Under the pieces are notes generated by a model. It was not told where the DNA came from and did not search any database. It saw nothing but the letters and a program-made list of their open reading frames with translations. A stretch of 64,000 nt of DNA from Octopus sinensis (lineage: Eukaryota), in assembly GCF_006345805.1 (NCBI RefSeq), contig NC_042997.1, positions 3,038,001 through 3,102,000 of the forward strand. Direction: 5' to 3'. The position numbers and the translations under genes were made by a program. This document shows, one piece after another, positions 1-12,560 of this stretch (within the stretch, counting starts at the first letter, position 1; every line of letters begins with the position of its first letter).

Positions 1-2
1 AT

Positions 3-172
3 TGGATCGAAGTGACGGAAAGACAATTAGAAGATGTTAAGAAATTTCCCTACAGGATATCATCTTACAGATGAAGAACCCGTTATGATTTTGGAAGATA
101 GCAATGCAAACATTTTATGAGCATTTCGTTGAGAGTATAGAGAATGAAATTGGGGAAATTGATAGATATCAG
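3..172 (+). pseudogene. Coding-like exon fragment of an unidentified protein, with two 1-bp homopolymer frameshifts (pseudogene or consensus error)
   Basis: Removing one C from ccc (48-50) and one T from tttt (113-116) gives a continuous frame WIEVTERQLEDVKKFPTGYHLTDEEPVMILEDSNANIYEHFVESIENEIGEIDRYQ ending at CAG|GTGAGA (172/173), a plausible donor. The protein is not recognised. Confidence 0.35.
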
Positions 173-479
173 GTGAGATCGAGAGTTTTTCTATCATAAA
201 TTATACACACGATAGCACACCGACAACTGCAACCAATGAATCTGAAGTATACTAGAAGTGAGAGAAATATTGACAAATGGTGGGGAAAAATTCTTCCTAA
301 AACATGCAAACACATATTGAGAAATGCATTGGATTTGAGTAGACTTAGTATCATGATAACATACTATATTTTATATTAAACAATAATGATAATATATTGG
401 ATAATCAGAAGAAAAAGGTGACAATGAGATCAACGACCACACAAACGATGATGGCGTCGACGCTGACGAAAAAGAAAAA

Positions 480-497
480 GACGATGACGACGACGAC

Positions 498-573
<76 letters not shown>
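480..573 (+). repeat. (GAC)n/(GAT)n trinucleotide microsatellite
   Basis: About 25 GAT units preceded by GAC units; source of the poly-M/H/I ORFs at 397-750. Confidence 0.97.
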
Positions 574-699
574 TTGTTCTTGTTGTTTAACCACCACAAC
601 AACAGGAGACAAAAAGTGTTACCATGTCTATATATCTGTACATTCATTTATATAGTCCATCGGAAACTGAAATTCCACCTCTTTAATACTCTGTTGTAC

Positions 700-1064
700 A
701 ATTTTGGGGGAGGGAGCCAGTCATTTAAATCGATCCCAGTATTCAACTAGTACTTAATTTATCGAACCCCGAAAGAATGAAAGTCGACTTCGGCGGAATT
801 TGAACTCAGAACGTAAATACAGACGAAATACCTATTTCTTTACTACCCACAATGGGCTAACCACAGGGAGGACAAACGAGGACAGACAAACGGAGTAAGT
901 CGATTATATCGACCCCAGTGCGTAACTGGTATTTATTTAATCGACCCCGAAAGGATGAAATCAATGTCGACCTCGGCGGAATTTGCACTCAGAACGTAGC
1001 GGCAGACGAAATACCGCTTAGTATTTCGCCCGGCATGTTAATGTTTCTGCCAGCTCGCCGCCTT
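700..1064 (-). mobile_element. tRNA-derived SINE family A, two-module copy
   Basis: Reverse complement contains the module gagt(t/g)caaattccgccga(g/a)gtcgac...ttcat(c/t)ctttcggggt(t)cgat twice, with a B-box-like GTTCAAATTCC. The same module recurs at more than 10 places in the window. The central part resembles the Meta-SINE domain as I recall it. Confidence 0.88.
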
Positions 1065-1364
1065 CCCATCTCTTAGATATTGGCTTCCTTCTAAGACGTT
1101 ATGCCAAATTAAGTACAACATTATTGCATTGTTTGTTCCTTAGTTTTTGTCGAGAAAAAGGATTTATCAATTCCATGTTGTAGATAATCATTAATTCAAA
1201 CGCGAATAAAGTTTTATAAAACCCTTTCTTGTTTGACAACTATTGTCATAAATGAAAGGAAGTTTGAATTAAAATATTTATTTCAAATCATTACGTACAA
1301 TTCATACACGCCAATATATTCCACAACATAACGCAGATATAGATTATTTCTGAAATGATCGCTG

Positions 1365-1424
<60 letters not shown>

Positions 1425-1446
1425 ATATATGTATGTATATATATAT
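1365..1446. repeat. (TA)n-(TG)n compound microsatellite
   Basis: Directly visible. Confidence 0.95.
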
Positions 1447-1754
1447 ACAAAATTAGGGAACGGAGTAGAAAAAAATCCAAGCAATGATTCATCGCTAGCT
1501 GAAGCTTGGAGGTAGTTATTGACCAAACCAGGGGTAATCCGCTAGTTACACGTTGGGCCAAAGATATCTTAATCAAATGAAGTCTACATACTTATCAAGG
1601 GATCCTATGTTAACTTGCAGGAGATTTTATTCTATACACACCCAACGCAGCTGTAACATTTTTCAGCTTATCTAACGTCGATATGGGAAAACTTTACAAC
1701 CTTCAGCGTCAATAAACCATTATCATTCCTGAAAGTTGACCTTTATACATTTTA

Positions 1755-1769
1755 CACACACACACACAC

Positions 1770-1828
<59 letters not shown>

Positions 1829-1834
1829 AGAGAG

Positions 1835-1872
<38 letters not shown>
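1755..1872. repeat. (CA)n-(TA)n-(GA)n compound microsatellite
   Basis: Directly visible. Confidence 0.95.
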
Positions 1873-1874
<2 letters not shown>

Positions 1875-3160
1875 CATACACAAGTACTTCCGTGTTGCAA
1901 TTAACAAATGTAACGGGGTTTCACCCTAACAGGAACTGTAGATTATGACCATTATATTAGGATTACGGTCTGCAATATACTATGAAGTAGATAAGCAAAC
2001 CCATTTCAAATAAAAAGTTATAATATGTTGAATGAAATGTCATAAGTCCATGAGTATTGATTGAGATTAAAAAGTCACAACAATACATTTAGTTAGAACA
2101 ATATAACCACTAAAACAGCAACAATACTCGCCTACCGTCACTAAAATCCAAACTAATGCAACACACACCATTCATACTATTAAAAAACCAACTTTTTAAT
2201 CCAGCTAGCTACAACAAGTATTAGCATGTATGGTAATACATTGTTGTGTATGAATACGTGTGTCCATATGTGCATGAGAGAAAGAGGGAGAAAGGGGATA
2301 GAGAGGGTGAGAGAGAATCTGTGTGTATGTGTGTGTATTTGTGTATGAGTGTGCATCTGTATTTATTTTTCTTAAGTTAAATGTGCAAAGGACGAATTGT
2401 CTATAAAATCTGGTGAACATTCGGGTTACTGTAATCATATATTACTCTCTTCCCCAGTCATTTAGCTTTTCATCCCACTTCCAATATTGCAGTGACAGGA
2501 ACAAAAAAAACCTCCTCTCTCACATGTCAGATCTTTCTTGGACTAATTGTTTTACTACATGTTTGTTGTGGATAATTAATCCCCGATACTGTTGAATTTG
2601 CCCTTCAATTTAAAATGATTGTAAAGAAGCTATCAATTAGATATAAAGGCAGTAATGCGAAAAGGAACTCTAAATGTATTATATTAAATATTAAACCAGT
2701 TGTTTAAAAAATATTTGATGTTGAAATAAAACTAAGTTATATTGTCCAAACATAAAATCGTGCAACTCCGCAGTGGGAAGAGTACTTGACAACAGAGAGA
2801 AAATTATGTCAAGTGCTCAAGATCTAATTCCAGACCTAATTCATTCACAAATTTTATATCATGTTTAAGAAGGAACGACATTTTAGTGTCTGCATCGGTG
2901 ATGAGAATCGGCATAATGTGCACACAAACACATTAATATTTTTTAAAAATAAACTCAAATTTTATATGATGATGAGAAGAAGAAATAAAGGTGAACATTT
3001 TCATGAAATCACTTTTTTGCCAGTAAGGGTAAGTTTGAAAAGATTAAGAAGCGCATGAATTCTGTATAAGAAAATGATTTATTGAAACTACGAGTGCAGG
3101 TAGAGCGCAGCTGAAGGAAATCAAATTAGTTATACGGTATGCAATATAGTATATTTACAA

Positions 3161-3164
<4 letters not shown>

Positions 3165-3242
<78 letters not shown>

Positions 3243-3252
3243 ATGTGTGTGT
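3165..3252. repeat. (TA)n-(TG)n compound microsatellite
   Basis: Directly visible. Confidence 0.95.
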
Positions 3253-3671
3253 GTCTATATCAACCTGAAAAACAATAAACCGATTCGTAATATGTTAAGC
3301 TGCATGCCAATATATGCGATATAATAACACACCTTTTAAATATCACTTACCTTATGATTTAAAGAAGTCTTTTATTGAAATCCATTCGGCTAAGCTTTAC
3401 AAACATCGCACGTGTCCGTATTCCATAAACAAGGAGGACAGTTTTTCACTGAGGTACAATCCACTGTTCTCAGAATTAAATGCTGTGTGATTCTTCGGTC
3501 GATTTCGTTCCGGTAACATTGATATTAGCTATATTCATATAATATTGTCACTTTAGAATATATAACTATATATTAACAAGTGAGTGTCTAAATATGTATA
3601 TATCTATGAATGTACATCCATATATATATAAATCTATATAATGTATTATATTGTTTTCGGCTATTTACATA

Positions 3672-3715
<44 letters not shown>

Positions 3716-4490
3716 TGTATATCGAATATTTACCAGTAGATTACACGACTGACGTAATATAGTATGTATGATATTCACCACTGAAATGCACCCTTGAGAT
3801 ACGATAAAGAGTGTATTTTACTATATAACAGATGTTTATGCATATTAACATATGATCATTCAAATTTGGAGAATATAAGGAATCATATGCTTAAATGCAA
3901 CCAAAAGTATCAATTCAATTTCGTCGGTTGTTTTCCCAACGACCTTTGGAGATTTTAAATTTAATATGCATTTCATCTCGTTAATACAATTAATCATTTA
4001 CTTTCATTATAATCTGTGTAATTACCAATACTTGTGATTTTCGTTCAAAAGCTTATGAATTTGAAAGCGTATACTAAATGTATCACAATAATAATTAGTA
4101 TAAAAATTCATATGTATAGTTTTATTTGTTTCATTTAACGTAATGTTACTTATGAATTTTAACTTCCAGTAACTGCATTATTAGAATGATACATGTAAAT
4201 ATAGTAAACCCTACATAGATCAGGTTTGGTTAATGCTCGCACTAACATACGCTATATGAATTAGAATAGATTTCAAAGGTTAGCGTCAAATTACGTGGGA
4301 ATATTATTTTTATTATTTTAAATTTTAAAATTGCTGTTGCCTTAAAACAAGTTTAAGTTCTAATGAATTCTGATGAAATTGATACAGGTAAAGCAAATAT
4401 TTTCATTCATGGCAATTCAATTACAGATATAGTTGATTTATAAACATACATATACAGTTATATACACACACATATATATACATACATATA

Positions 4491-4541
<51 letters not shown>

Positions 4542-5056
4542 TATATATATGTATGTATATATATAAATATATGAATAGATATATCTTAATATTTATGGAC
4601 AATGATTTAAAAATAAAGTATCCAAATTTGAATGCGATCCATTTACAATTATTCTTGTCAATTAATTTTACTTGATGTATATAACTGGTGTTGTTAGAGT
4701 ATGCATATGTAAAACCATAGTTCCCCTCTCAAATTTGGCACATATGTAAGCACCGATACCTATACAGATTGGGAAGAAAATTGTTTTCATATTATCGCTG
4801 AAATCGTCCTTGTACCTGCACTGATTCTAAGAATTCAAACAATTTATATATGCACGCTTAGCAATTTTAAGCGCGCATTTTGCCTCATACGGTAAATAAT
4901 CATTTTCAAATATATAATATATATATAATCGCATTTAGTTAAAGCTAATACTCTAATGTGAGCAATGTTGATAAATTACCGTATCAATAAAAGTAATAAA
5001 ATTGTAGACCTTTAAATGCTTTGTTTAAAATATTTACAAAGTTTATTTTTTCTTAC

Positions 5057-5129
5057 TTGTACTGGTCTCCAAATTTGCACTAAAGACGTTTGTGCATGAT
5101 TTTAAAATTTCCAAGTTAAAGTCCCAAAT
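5057..5129 (-). CDS. Candidate 73-nt internal exon (IWDFNLEILKSCTNVFSANLETST), gene unknown
   Basis: Minus strand: acceptor tatttctgtatattttcag|, donor |gtaaga, one open frame (phase 0 to 1). No homology recognised. Confidence 0.25.
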
Positions 5130-5268
5130 CTGAAAATATACAGAAATAAGTGAAATTCATTATTTTGTGGGGCAAAAAGAAAGGAGTCATGCTAGTTATT
5201 TCAAGGTCAGAATGGCGAATACATATAAATTCAATAAAATTGTAATTATATATATATATATATATATA

Positions 5269-5320
<52 letters not shown>

Positions 5321-6399
5321 TACATAATACATACATACATAACGTATGTTCAACGCTGGGTGTAACCCTCTTGATTATATTGTGAAGTACATATACGGGC
5401 GTTGGTGATGTGGCAATAATTGAAATAGCAGTTTGTTCACTCTAACAAATATCGGAAATTAAAGTATAATTACAATAATGAAAAAAGAACAGTGAGCAAA
5501 TCATTTTAGCAGTTCAGCTTACAATTGTTTCGTCATAAGCCAACATAATCCATCTTAACTCATTATGCAATATTTTGTGGAGTTATTTATTATTGTTCAT
5601 GCGCTATTTAGGTTTCTTACAGAACGCTTCTTGATTGAAAATAACTTCAGAATTGCGTAAAAATAACATGAACAGAGGTTACGTTTGATAGTTCATCCAA
5701 ATCTTTATGCACATGTGTCGCATATTGATAGCGCTGGTCATTAGATAGAAAGGTAGTAGAAAATACGTTTTAGAACAATCGTCACTAAGATTCCGGCTGG
5801 GTTGAGGGCTCCTAGTCGACTACACAACACATCGTTATGACAGATGAGGAGGTAACTTGCAGGTATGTATACTGATTGGGACTCTGCTCAATGGTAGCCT
5901 GGGACGAACGGGGAATATAACGATAAATAGTGAATGCAGCATCTCCCTGCCTTTTGATCTACCTGACAAGAATGACAAGAAACTGCAAATGAAAATGCAG
6001 TGTGAATTATGTTGTGCTGTTGTTAGTTTGTTAGTAAGCATCATAAATCAGTTTTTATGCGCTAATGTGCATGAATGAATAGATATGAAAAAACAGTTGC
6101 CTGCGTATTTTTCTTCCTTTTATTTTGGTGGTGGTGGCGGGGGAAGTGAGTGGTGTTATAATGGAATAGTTTTGGTTTTAGTTATTTTTAGAACGTTTAT
6201 TATAAATGCTTGACTGTTTATCCGTGTAGGTGCCAATATGTTAATATAAGTAATGCTTTCACTTTAGAAATTTTTGTGTGTGCGTATTTCAGTGTTGTTC
6301 AGAGATTTCTTTATGTAACTTGTATACGTGCGTGAGTAATTTACGTGTGTAATTGAGTGGACGATTAAATTTGAATCGTATGAGATGCTTTTACAAAGT

Positions 6400-6610
6400 G
6401 GAGGTAGCATGTGGTAGAATTGTTGGTACCTCGGAAAAATGCTTAGTAAAAGCTCATCCGGCTTTAGATTCTCAGTTCAAATTCCGCCGAGATCAACTCT
6501 GCCTTATATTCTATCTGGATCGATAGTATTAGATGAGCACTGGGGTCGATGTAATCGACTACCCCTTCACTGGAAAAATTGAAGGCCTTTTGCATATGGT
6601 AGAGGGAATA
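6400..6610 (+). mobile_element. SINE family A, decayed
   Basis: cagttcaaattccgccgagatcaactctgcc...cactggggtcgatgtaatcgact matches the family A module. Confidence 0.8.
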
Positions 6611-6800
6611 TTAACTAGGCCAGTGTAGTGGGAGGCTTTTGTTGTTGTGTGTAATCTTCATTGTTTCTCGGTAGATGGTGTGTTTGCTGTAAAAACTGAT
6701 GTGACTGATTGTCTTTCCTTGTATTTGGTTGCGTTTACATTATTCTAGGTGCATGTCGTCTGTGTTCCTGTATGTACAAAGTGCAATGTACGCGTTAAAG
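6611..6800 (-). mobile_element. Possible decayed Penelope-like RT remnant
   Basis: Minus-strand frame HTIYRETMKITHNNKSLPLHWPS resembles the PLE RT C-terminal LPxHWSS region; strong A/C strand skew. Weak. Confidence 0.22.
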
Positions 6801-7026
6801 TATGTAGTTGTTTAATATAAGTAGATTACAAAATTTCTTTTCCGACTGGAGTCATGAAGTCTGAGATATATTGCCTAGCGCTACACAGAGCTTGAAGACA
6901 AGACGTGTTGATAGAAAAGCAGACAGCAATTGCATCTAACGGAAGCATTGTGTGTGTATATATATATATATAGGTAGATAGAGAGATCGATACACAGATA
7001 CATAGATAGATACTAATAGATACACA

Positions 7027-7027
7027 C

Positions 7028-7112
<85 letters not shown>

Positions 7113-7155
7113 ACTATCTATCTATTTATCTTTCTATCTCTCTATCTATCTATAA

Positions 7156-7201
<46 letters not shown>

Positions 7202-7202
7202 G
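7027..7202. repeat. (TATC)n tetranucleotide microsatellite
   Basis: About 40 units, directly visible. Confidence 0.97.
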
Positions 7203-7204
7203 TA

Positions 7205-7248
<44 letters not shown>

Positions 7249-8334
7249 CATGCATATAACTATATATGCAGGCATATGTGTGTGTGTGTATGTGTGTGTG
7301 TATGTGTGTGTGTGTGTGTGTATGTGTGTGTGTGCACACGTATGATTTATGTATGAATACGTGTATGAGAAAACAGAGATAGCGTAGTGAGCAATTATCG
7401 GAGCGAAAATTAAATTACTAAAAATCCACAACATCAACCATGAGCTCTGAAGTTATTTTTGTTACATCTTTCTCGCATGCCTATCTCTACGCATTACTTT
7501 TTAAATATAATGACCTACAGATACCTTCGATTACGTAAGTCCCGATAATCTTTGTTAACAAATGGAAACGAGATATTTAATTAAGAAAATTAACTGGTTA
7601 CTAAGCTATAATTATTTTAATTACATTCGATCTAAACATCAATGTAATCTATACCGATTAAATTATGTTCTACGTTTAGTACTATAATTATACGTAATGG
7701 GATATAATAATGTTTATCTCTTGCCAAGTAACATATGTTACTTAAACTATTTTCGTTACTTTGTGAAATATATCTAACGCAGAAACAGAGAAACCTATTT
7801 ACGTCAATACTTCGTTTTGATCGTACGACCATAATTATTCGAACCTTAGGAAAATGTGAGGCGGGGGATTATTATAGATCTCATAGAACAGGAAGTTTCT
7901 CGATAATTTTAATTTAGCTGACAAATCTTACCATAAATTCTAGAAAACCCGTTAAGTGCAAATTTTGATTTCACAATTAACACATTTTTATATATTTAGT
8001 AGTATTTATGTCAAGATACTTCTGATGAAAGCATGTTAGATATGAATGAGAGAAGTGTGCAATGAAATCAATCATTTGCAATTTTACGTTTCATGTTTTT
8101 CATTTTAAACCGTACTCACGTGTTTATTTCCTAGTTATCATAGATAATTTGATGAAAGTGACCATAATTTCAAACATGATTCGTGAAGAGCAACTGATAA
8201 TCTGACTTTTACATCAACAACACAGAATTTTGCGTATCTCATTATTTGATATTCATAACGAATCAATTAAAACAATTAACCGTTGCTTAGAAATTCCTGG
8301 TTTATAATATATCTAAATTTCTGCACAAAAATTT

Positions 8335-8470
8335 GACTAATATTTAATCGACCACGAAAGAATGAAAAGCAAAATTGATAAAGGTAGTATTTGAACTCAG
8401 ATCGGAAGTCAAACGAAATACTGCTAAGCATTATCCCCGTCTTGGTAACGATTCTGTTAGCTCAACGTTT
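8335..8470 (-). mobile_element. SINE family A, decayed
   Basis: tttaatcgaccacgaaagaatgaaaagc...tttgaactcaga...gaaatactgctaagcatt is the reverse complement of the family A head and body. Confidence 0.75.
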
Positions 8471-8904
8471 GTACTGAAATATAATAATGCTAAAGAGGAT
8501 AGAATATACCAAACAGGATATTTGATTAGAAAGTATAAAAAATACGTAAATAGTAATATGTAATCCTATTATATTTTCGATTATACAAATCAATAAAATA
8601 TTCAGGAAAATCAATTAATGCAAAAGCGATAATCGTACAGACAGTTTGAAACAATCAATACATAAAATTTGTATATTCCGCAATCATCTGCATTCTATTA
8701 AACACATTTCATTGAAAATATTGTAAAAACATTATATTAGATGCAATTAAACGATCTAAGTTAGTAGTATTAAATCATATTATTATGTAAATATCTTGTG
8801 ATAATTCTTCCACATCGTTCAGTCACAAAGCAATTACCAATAGAAGTGGAATAAAGTTTTAAATCAGCAAAGTCATATGAAAGGAAAGGGAAGATGGTCA
8901 CTAT

Positions 8905-9385
8905 AAGATGATAGTTAGTCCTCTTTGTGACAAGAGGTACATAAGGCCATACACGATCTCTATAATAAGCTCTATTTTCTACAGCTGTTCTAGTCTCATT
9001 CCAGCTACTTCACCCTCCTTTTCTTATTTCCTTGCCAATGTACTGTTGCCATGTGATTTTTGGGTGTCCTACAAGTCTTTACCCCTCAGACTTGCCATTC
9101 GGTTTCATCACAGAATCGCTTTGTCCAACTTGCCCGAGGATGTGTTCGATAGAGCTCTAGCGTTTGGATTTTATTTCCTCACTGACCTGTTGATTTGAGT
9201 TCTCATCCGAATTGTGCCATTTCTGACTCTTTGCAGACACTTGATATCGAGCATTCTCTTTAAGCATGTGAATTGCGCAAAGGTATAGCTGCAAATGAAG
9301 TTGAAATATATGATGCAGTGACCACATAAACACAAGACTTTGTGCACACTTGAGTAAAAGGGCAAGACAACCAGCTAATTAAATA
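8905..9385 (-). mobile_element. RTE-clade LINE, decayed 3' end of ORF2
   Basis: Minus-strand translation QFTCLKRMLDIKCLQRVRNGTIRMRTQIN / EEIKSKR*SSIEHILG...EG*RLVGHPKITWQQYIGKEIRKGG*SSWNETRTAVENRAYYRDRV follows the RTE C-terminal pattern (CLRRIL.I.W...VRN...EEI..RRW.WIGH.LR...PEG.R..GRPK.TW). Confidence 0.82.
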
Positions 9386-10611
9386 TAAATTAATTTCAAA
9401 CGTGCAGCAGTGAATAGCGCTTATCTTTTTATCCTGTGATAAATTCCTCGGGCATATTTTAGTTTCAGTAGTTCTTAGCGAATCGCAGTTTCAGAAATAG
9501 GGATTTAGAACAAAGTATATCGAATGTCCTTACAAATTAATATATTTGAGGCAACGTTTACATGGAATATTTTTCCAGAAAAATTTATAGTTATGTGCAG
9601 GGTAATATATATGTTCAAATAAATTAAATATTTGTCATTCGATCCGCTATAATGCGAATGTTTATTAAGAATTTTGAAAAGTATTTGTAAGAATACGCAA
9701 AGAATCATCATTTTATATTAATTATTTCGTGTATTTTGTATTTATTGTTTAGGCTTATTAGATTGAGAGTGTAGCTGTCTATATGGAGAGATGAAGAAAA
9801 TAGTCTGAATTCTTTAATCGAGTTACGCACGGGTACACACACACACACACACGCACTAACACAAAGACACACAGACGCACATCACACAAATCTACACGTA
9901 CAGGCGCACACTTGTAAACTACAAAACAGTACTGATGTTCTAGATCACAACAATGTAATATGCTGAGAGTAGGTACTTATTGAGTAACTCTTTGGAAAAG
10001 GCATCATATAAATGGTTATATATTATGAAACATCTACGTCCAAACAAATCTTTCAGAAAATATCCACTTAAATTAAAGATTTAAACAGATTAAAAATGAA
10101 GCATATTGAAATTTAATATGTCTTGTGTCCATGAAAACTAAACAGGACTGCGTTAAACATGAAGGAATATTAACACGGTTTATATGTGGTGCACTGAAAG
10201 GAGGTGAGAGAATCGTAAATGAAAATTCCTTGCTAACCAGGGAACTAGGTAACGTAATAACGCGTGAGAACTAAGCACAATGAATTAGATATGTATTTAT
10301 GATTTACAGGGAAAACGTATATTTGGGTAGTATGCCCAAATTAAATAAAGTAATTAAAATCAAATGAAACAAGTAAAATGTATGAGTAAAATAAGAAAAA
10401 ATGTATGTATACATTCCATCAATTTTCCTCAGAAACTCAACGTCATATATTCTCCGACAAGTATAACTAAAGTAATATCAATGGAATAATTATGAAATAC
10501 GTCTTTATTGCAATACCTCTCGTTTTCATTGCGATCATAGCATTTTGTATATGGGTTAAATTTGAGTTGTTCTAGTTACAAATGGAATAATGAACACTTA
10601 AGGAGTACATA

Positions 10612-12290
10612 TGTTGTGGCGGACGCCCCCAGGCGATAAGTGGGCTGGTCATCTACTAATAAATAGTGAAGTGATACAGTTAGTAGAGTCGGTCGGTGAA
10701 GATTAGTTTCTTGTTAATTTTTTATTCCCGTCGACATTATACTGGCTGAGTGGCCTCCCGCGAGGGTGAGGCTATGATTTGAACTGTTAAATTTATTAAG
10801 TACTGTTTTTACCTGCGGGCTTATGATTTTTTGCTTGTTTTCTTACCCATTTTGGATTGAAGTGAAAAAGGAAAATGAGATAATTGATTGCGAACCAGCT
10901 CCAGCACAGACTCGAGGTTATGGGTCAGCGGTTGGAAGGGGCGTAATTGCAGATGCCCAAAAGGTGCGAGAGATTAAAATTTAACAAAAAAAAATTATAG
11001 GAATATAATCGGAAGGATCCAGTTTAAGGCTGACTCCATCAAAAGAAGTGACAGCCAGTACATGAAAACAAACAGTGGTTTACAGAACACTCTCTGCAAC
11101 TAAGAAAATTGAAATAGCTACGGTGGAGGCAGTGGAAGAATATCTTAAATACATAAAAAAACCTGACGACATTGAACACAAAGGGAAGAAAACCCGGCAT
11201 AGCGGAGGTGGGGTTCGCCAACGAGCAAGAGGCGATAAATCACTCCACTATGACGCTCATGACGCACGAGTGGGTGCTTCTGCCGGCTTACTGCGGCAAG
11301 AGGATCACAGGATTGAGAGTTGTCAATGAAGCGTTGCTGGTGGCATCCGTGATGCGTGGAACCGAGGAGGATGCAAGAATTTAGGGGGTGATGGGGACGA
11401 GAAAGGTGAACTGCTGGGGATGTGGCCTTGAAATGGACATTCAGATGGGAAAGAAGGATTTGAACGAGACCGACGAAGATGTGATTTTACCGGAGGACGT
11501 GGGGTTGAGAGTGGTGGTGAAGGAATGACTACCAACATGCTATCAATGCGGGGAGAGGGTGAACATGGGATTGAGATGCTCCCAGAGAGACAGTGAGGAA
11601 GGCCAACAGTAGCAGAATGTCGAAGTGGTGGCCCTCGCGGGTGAGAAATATACGGGGCAGGCTGATGAGGCATTTGCGGGGGTGAGCAGGTAAATGAGGC
11701 GGGAATGTGTGAACTCGCCACTGAGAAGTCCGAAAGAGAGGGAGAAGGAGGAAGAGATAAACACTGTGAAGATGTGGCGGCAGGGATCTCCACCAGCATT
11801 ACCAACAAAGAGACAAAGTTGGGAAATATACCAGGACAGCTGAGGTTGCCGCGGAAACAAGCAGATGGAGAGGCCAGGAAGAATATATGGTGTGTGGTTG
11901 CATAAACAAGAAGTACAGCTGTGGAGGGGATAGTTGCCAAATTCGAATCGGTGATTGGGGTAGAATTGCCAGTAGAGCTTTGCACAGAAAACACAGAAGA
12001 CATAGTGATAGACTAGGAGAAGTATGAAAAATTGAAAGAATTGTTTGCAACCAGCAGAGACCCATTGGGAATGGAGGTGGAGTTCGATGACCTGCCTCCT
12101 GTTGAGGATTATAAGGATTTGAAACCAATGTAGGAACACGAATGCGTGAGTAAGCTTTTTTTATAAATAATACTATAATAGCGATGCTAAAAGGGTAGAA
12201 AAGTGGGGAAAACAAAGGAAGAAGTATTATAAAAAAACGTTTTTAAAACAGTTAAATGGTACTGCTTGAGAGTTGGGTTCAATGCAGCCA
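10612..12290 (+). mobile_element. L1/Tx1-like non-LTR element: 5' UTR plus disrupted ORF1 (gag-like, zinc knuckle); no ORF2
   Basis: GC-rich island in AT-rich DNA. Broken ORF from about 10875 (EIIDCEPAPAQTRGYGSAVGRGVIADAQKVREIK...VYRTLSATKKIEIATVEAVEEYL...THEWVLLPAYCGKRIT...VILPEDVGLRVVV) to TAG at about 12131-12133, with a knuckle CYQCGERVNMGLRC at 11538-11579 (CX2CX4[H>N]X4C). The 3' boundary is uncertain. Confidence 0.72.
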
Positions 12291-12399
12291 TTACATTCCA
12301 ATTAATTATTTTCATCTCTCATTCATTCGTTTTATGTTTTTTGACCTAACTGTGGTGATTTGTCTGTCCTTGTACTGTCCACTCTGTTTCATAGCTTGC

Positions 12400-12560
12400 G
12401 TGCCAAATTAAAGAGATACGTTTAGCAAAGTTGCACCGTTCAGACCAGTCCCATAGAGACGACAAAATACGTCGAAATCTTGGGACATATCAGTGGCGAC
12501 GAGGGTTCGGAAAATATTATCACTGGAACATATCAACATTACAGGCATCTTAAGTCTAAA
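12400..12560 (+). mobile_element. Possible decayed RTE-clade 3' fragment
   Basis: Frame ...IETTKYVEILGHISGDEGSENIITG... resembles RTE FLGHIMRKEGLENL.LTG. Weak. Confidence 0.3.

Noticed and set aside
397-750. ORFs with poly-M, poly-H and poly-I runs
   Set aside because: Read-through of the (GAT)n microsatellite; no coding context.
3313-3520. Short ORFs on both strands near a strong minus-strand donor (3350)
   Set aside because: All three minus-strand frames have stops shortly before the donor; the + strand 58-aa ORF has no recognisable motif.
11323-12139. 226-aa and 198-aa minus-strand ORFs
   Set aside because: Antisense shadows of the purine-rich LINE ORF1; Ser/Pro-rich and not domain-like.
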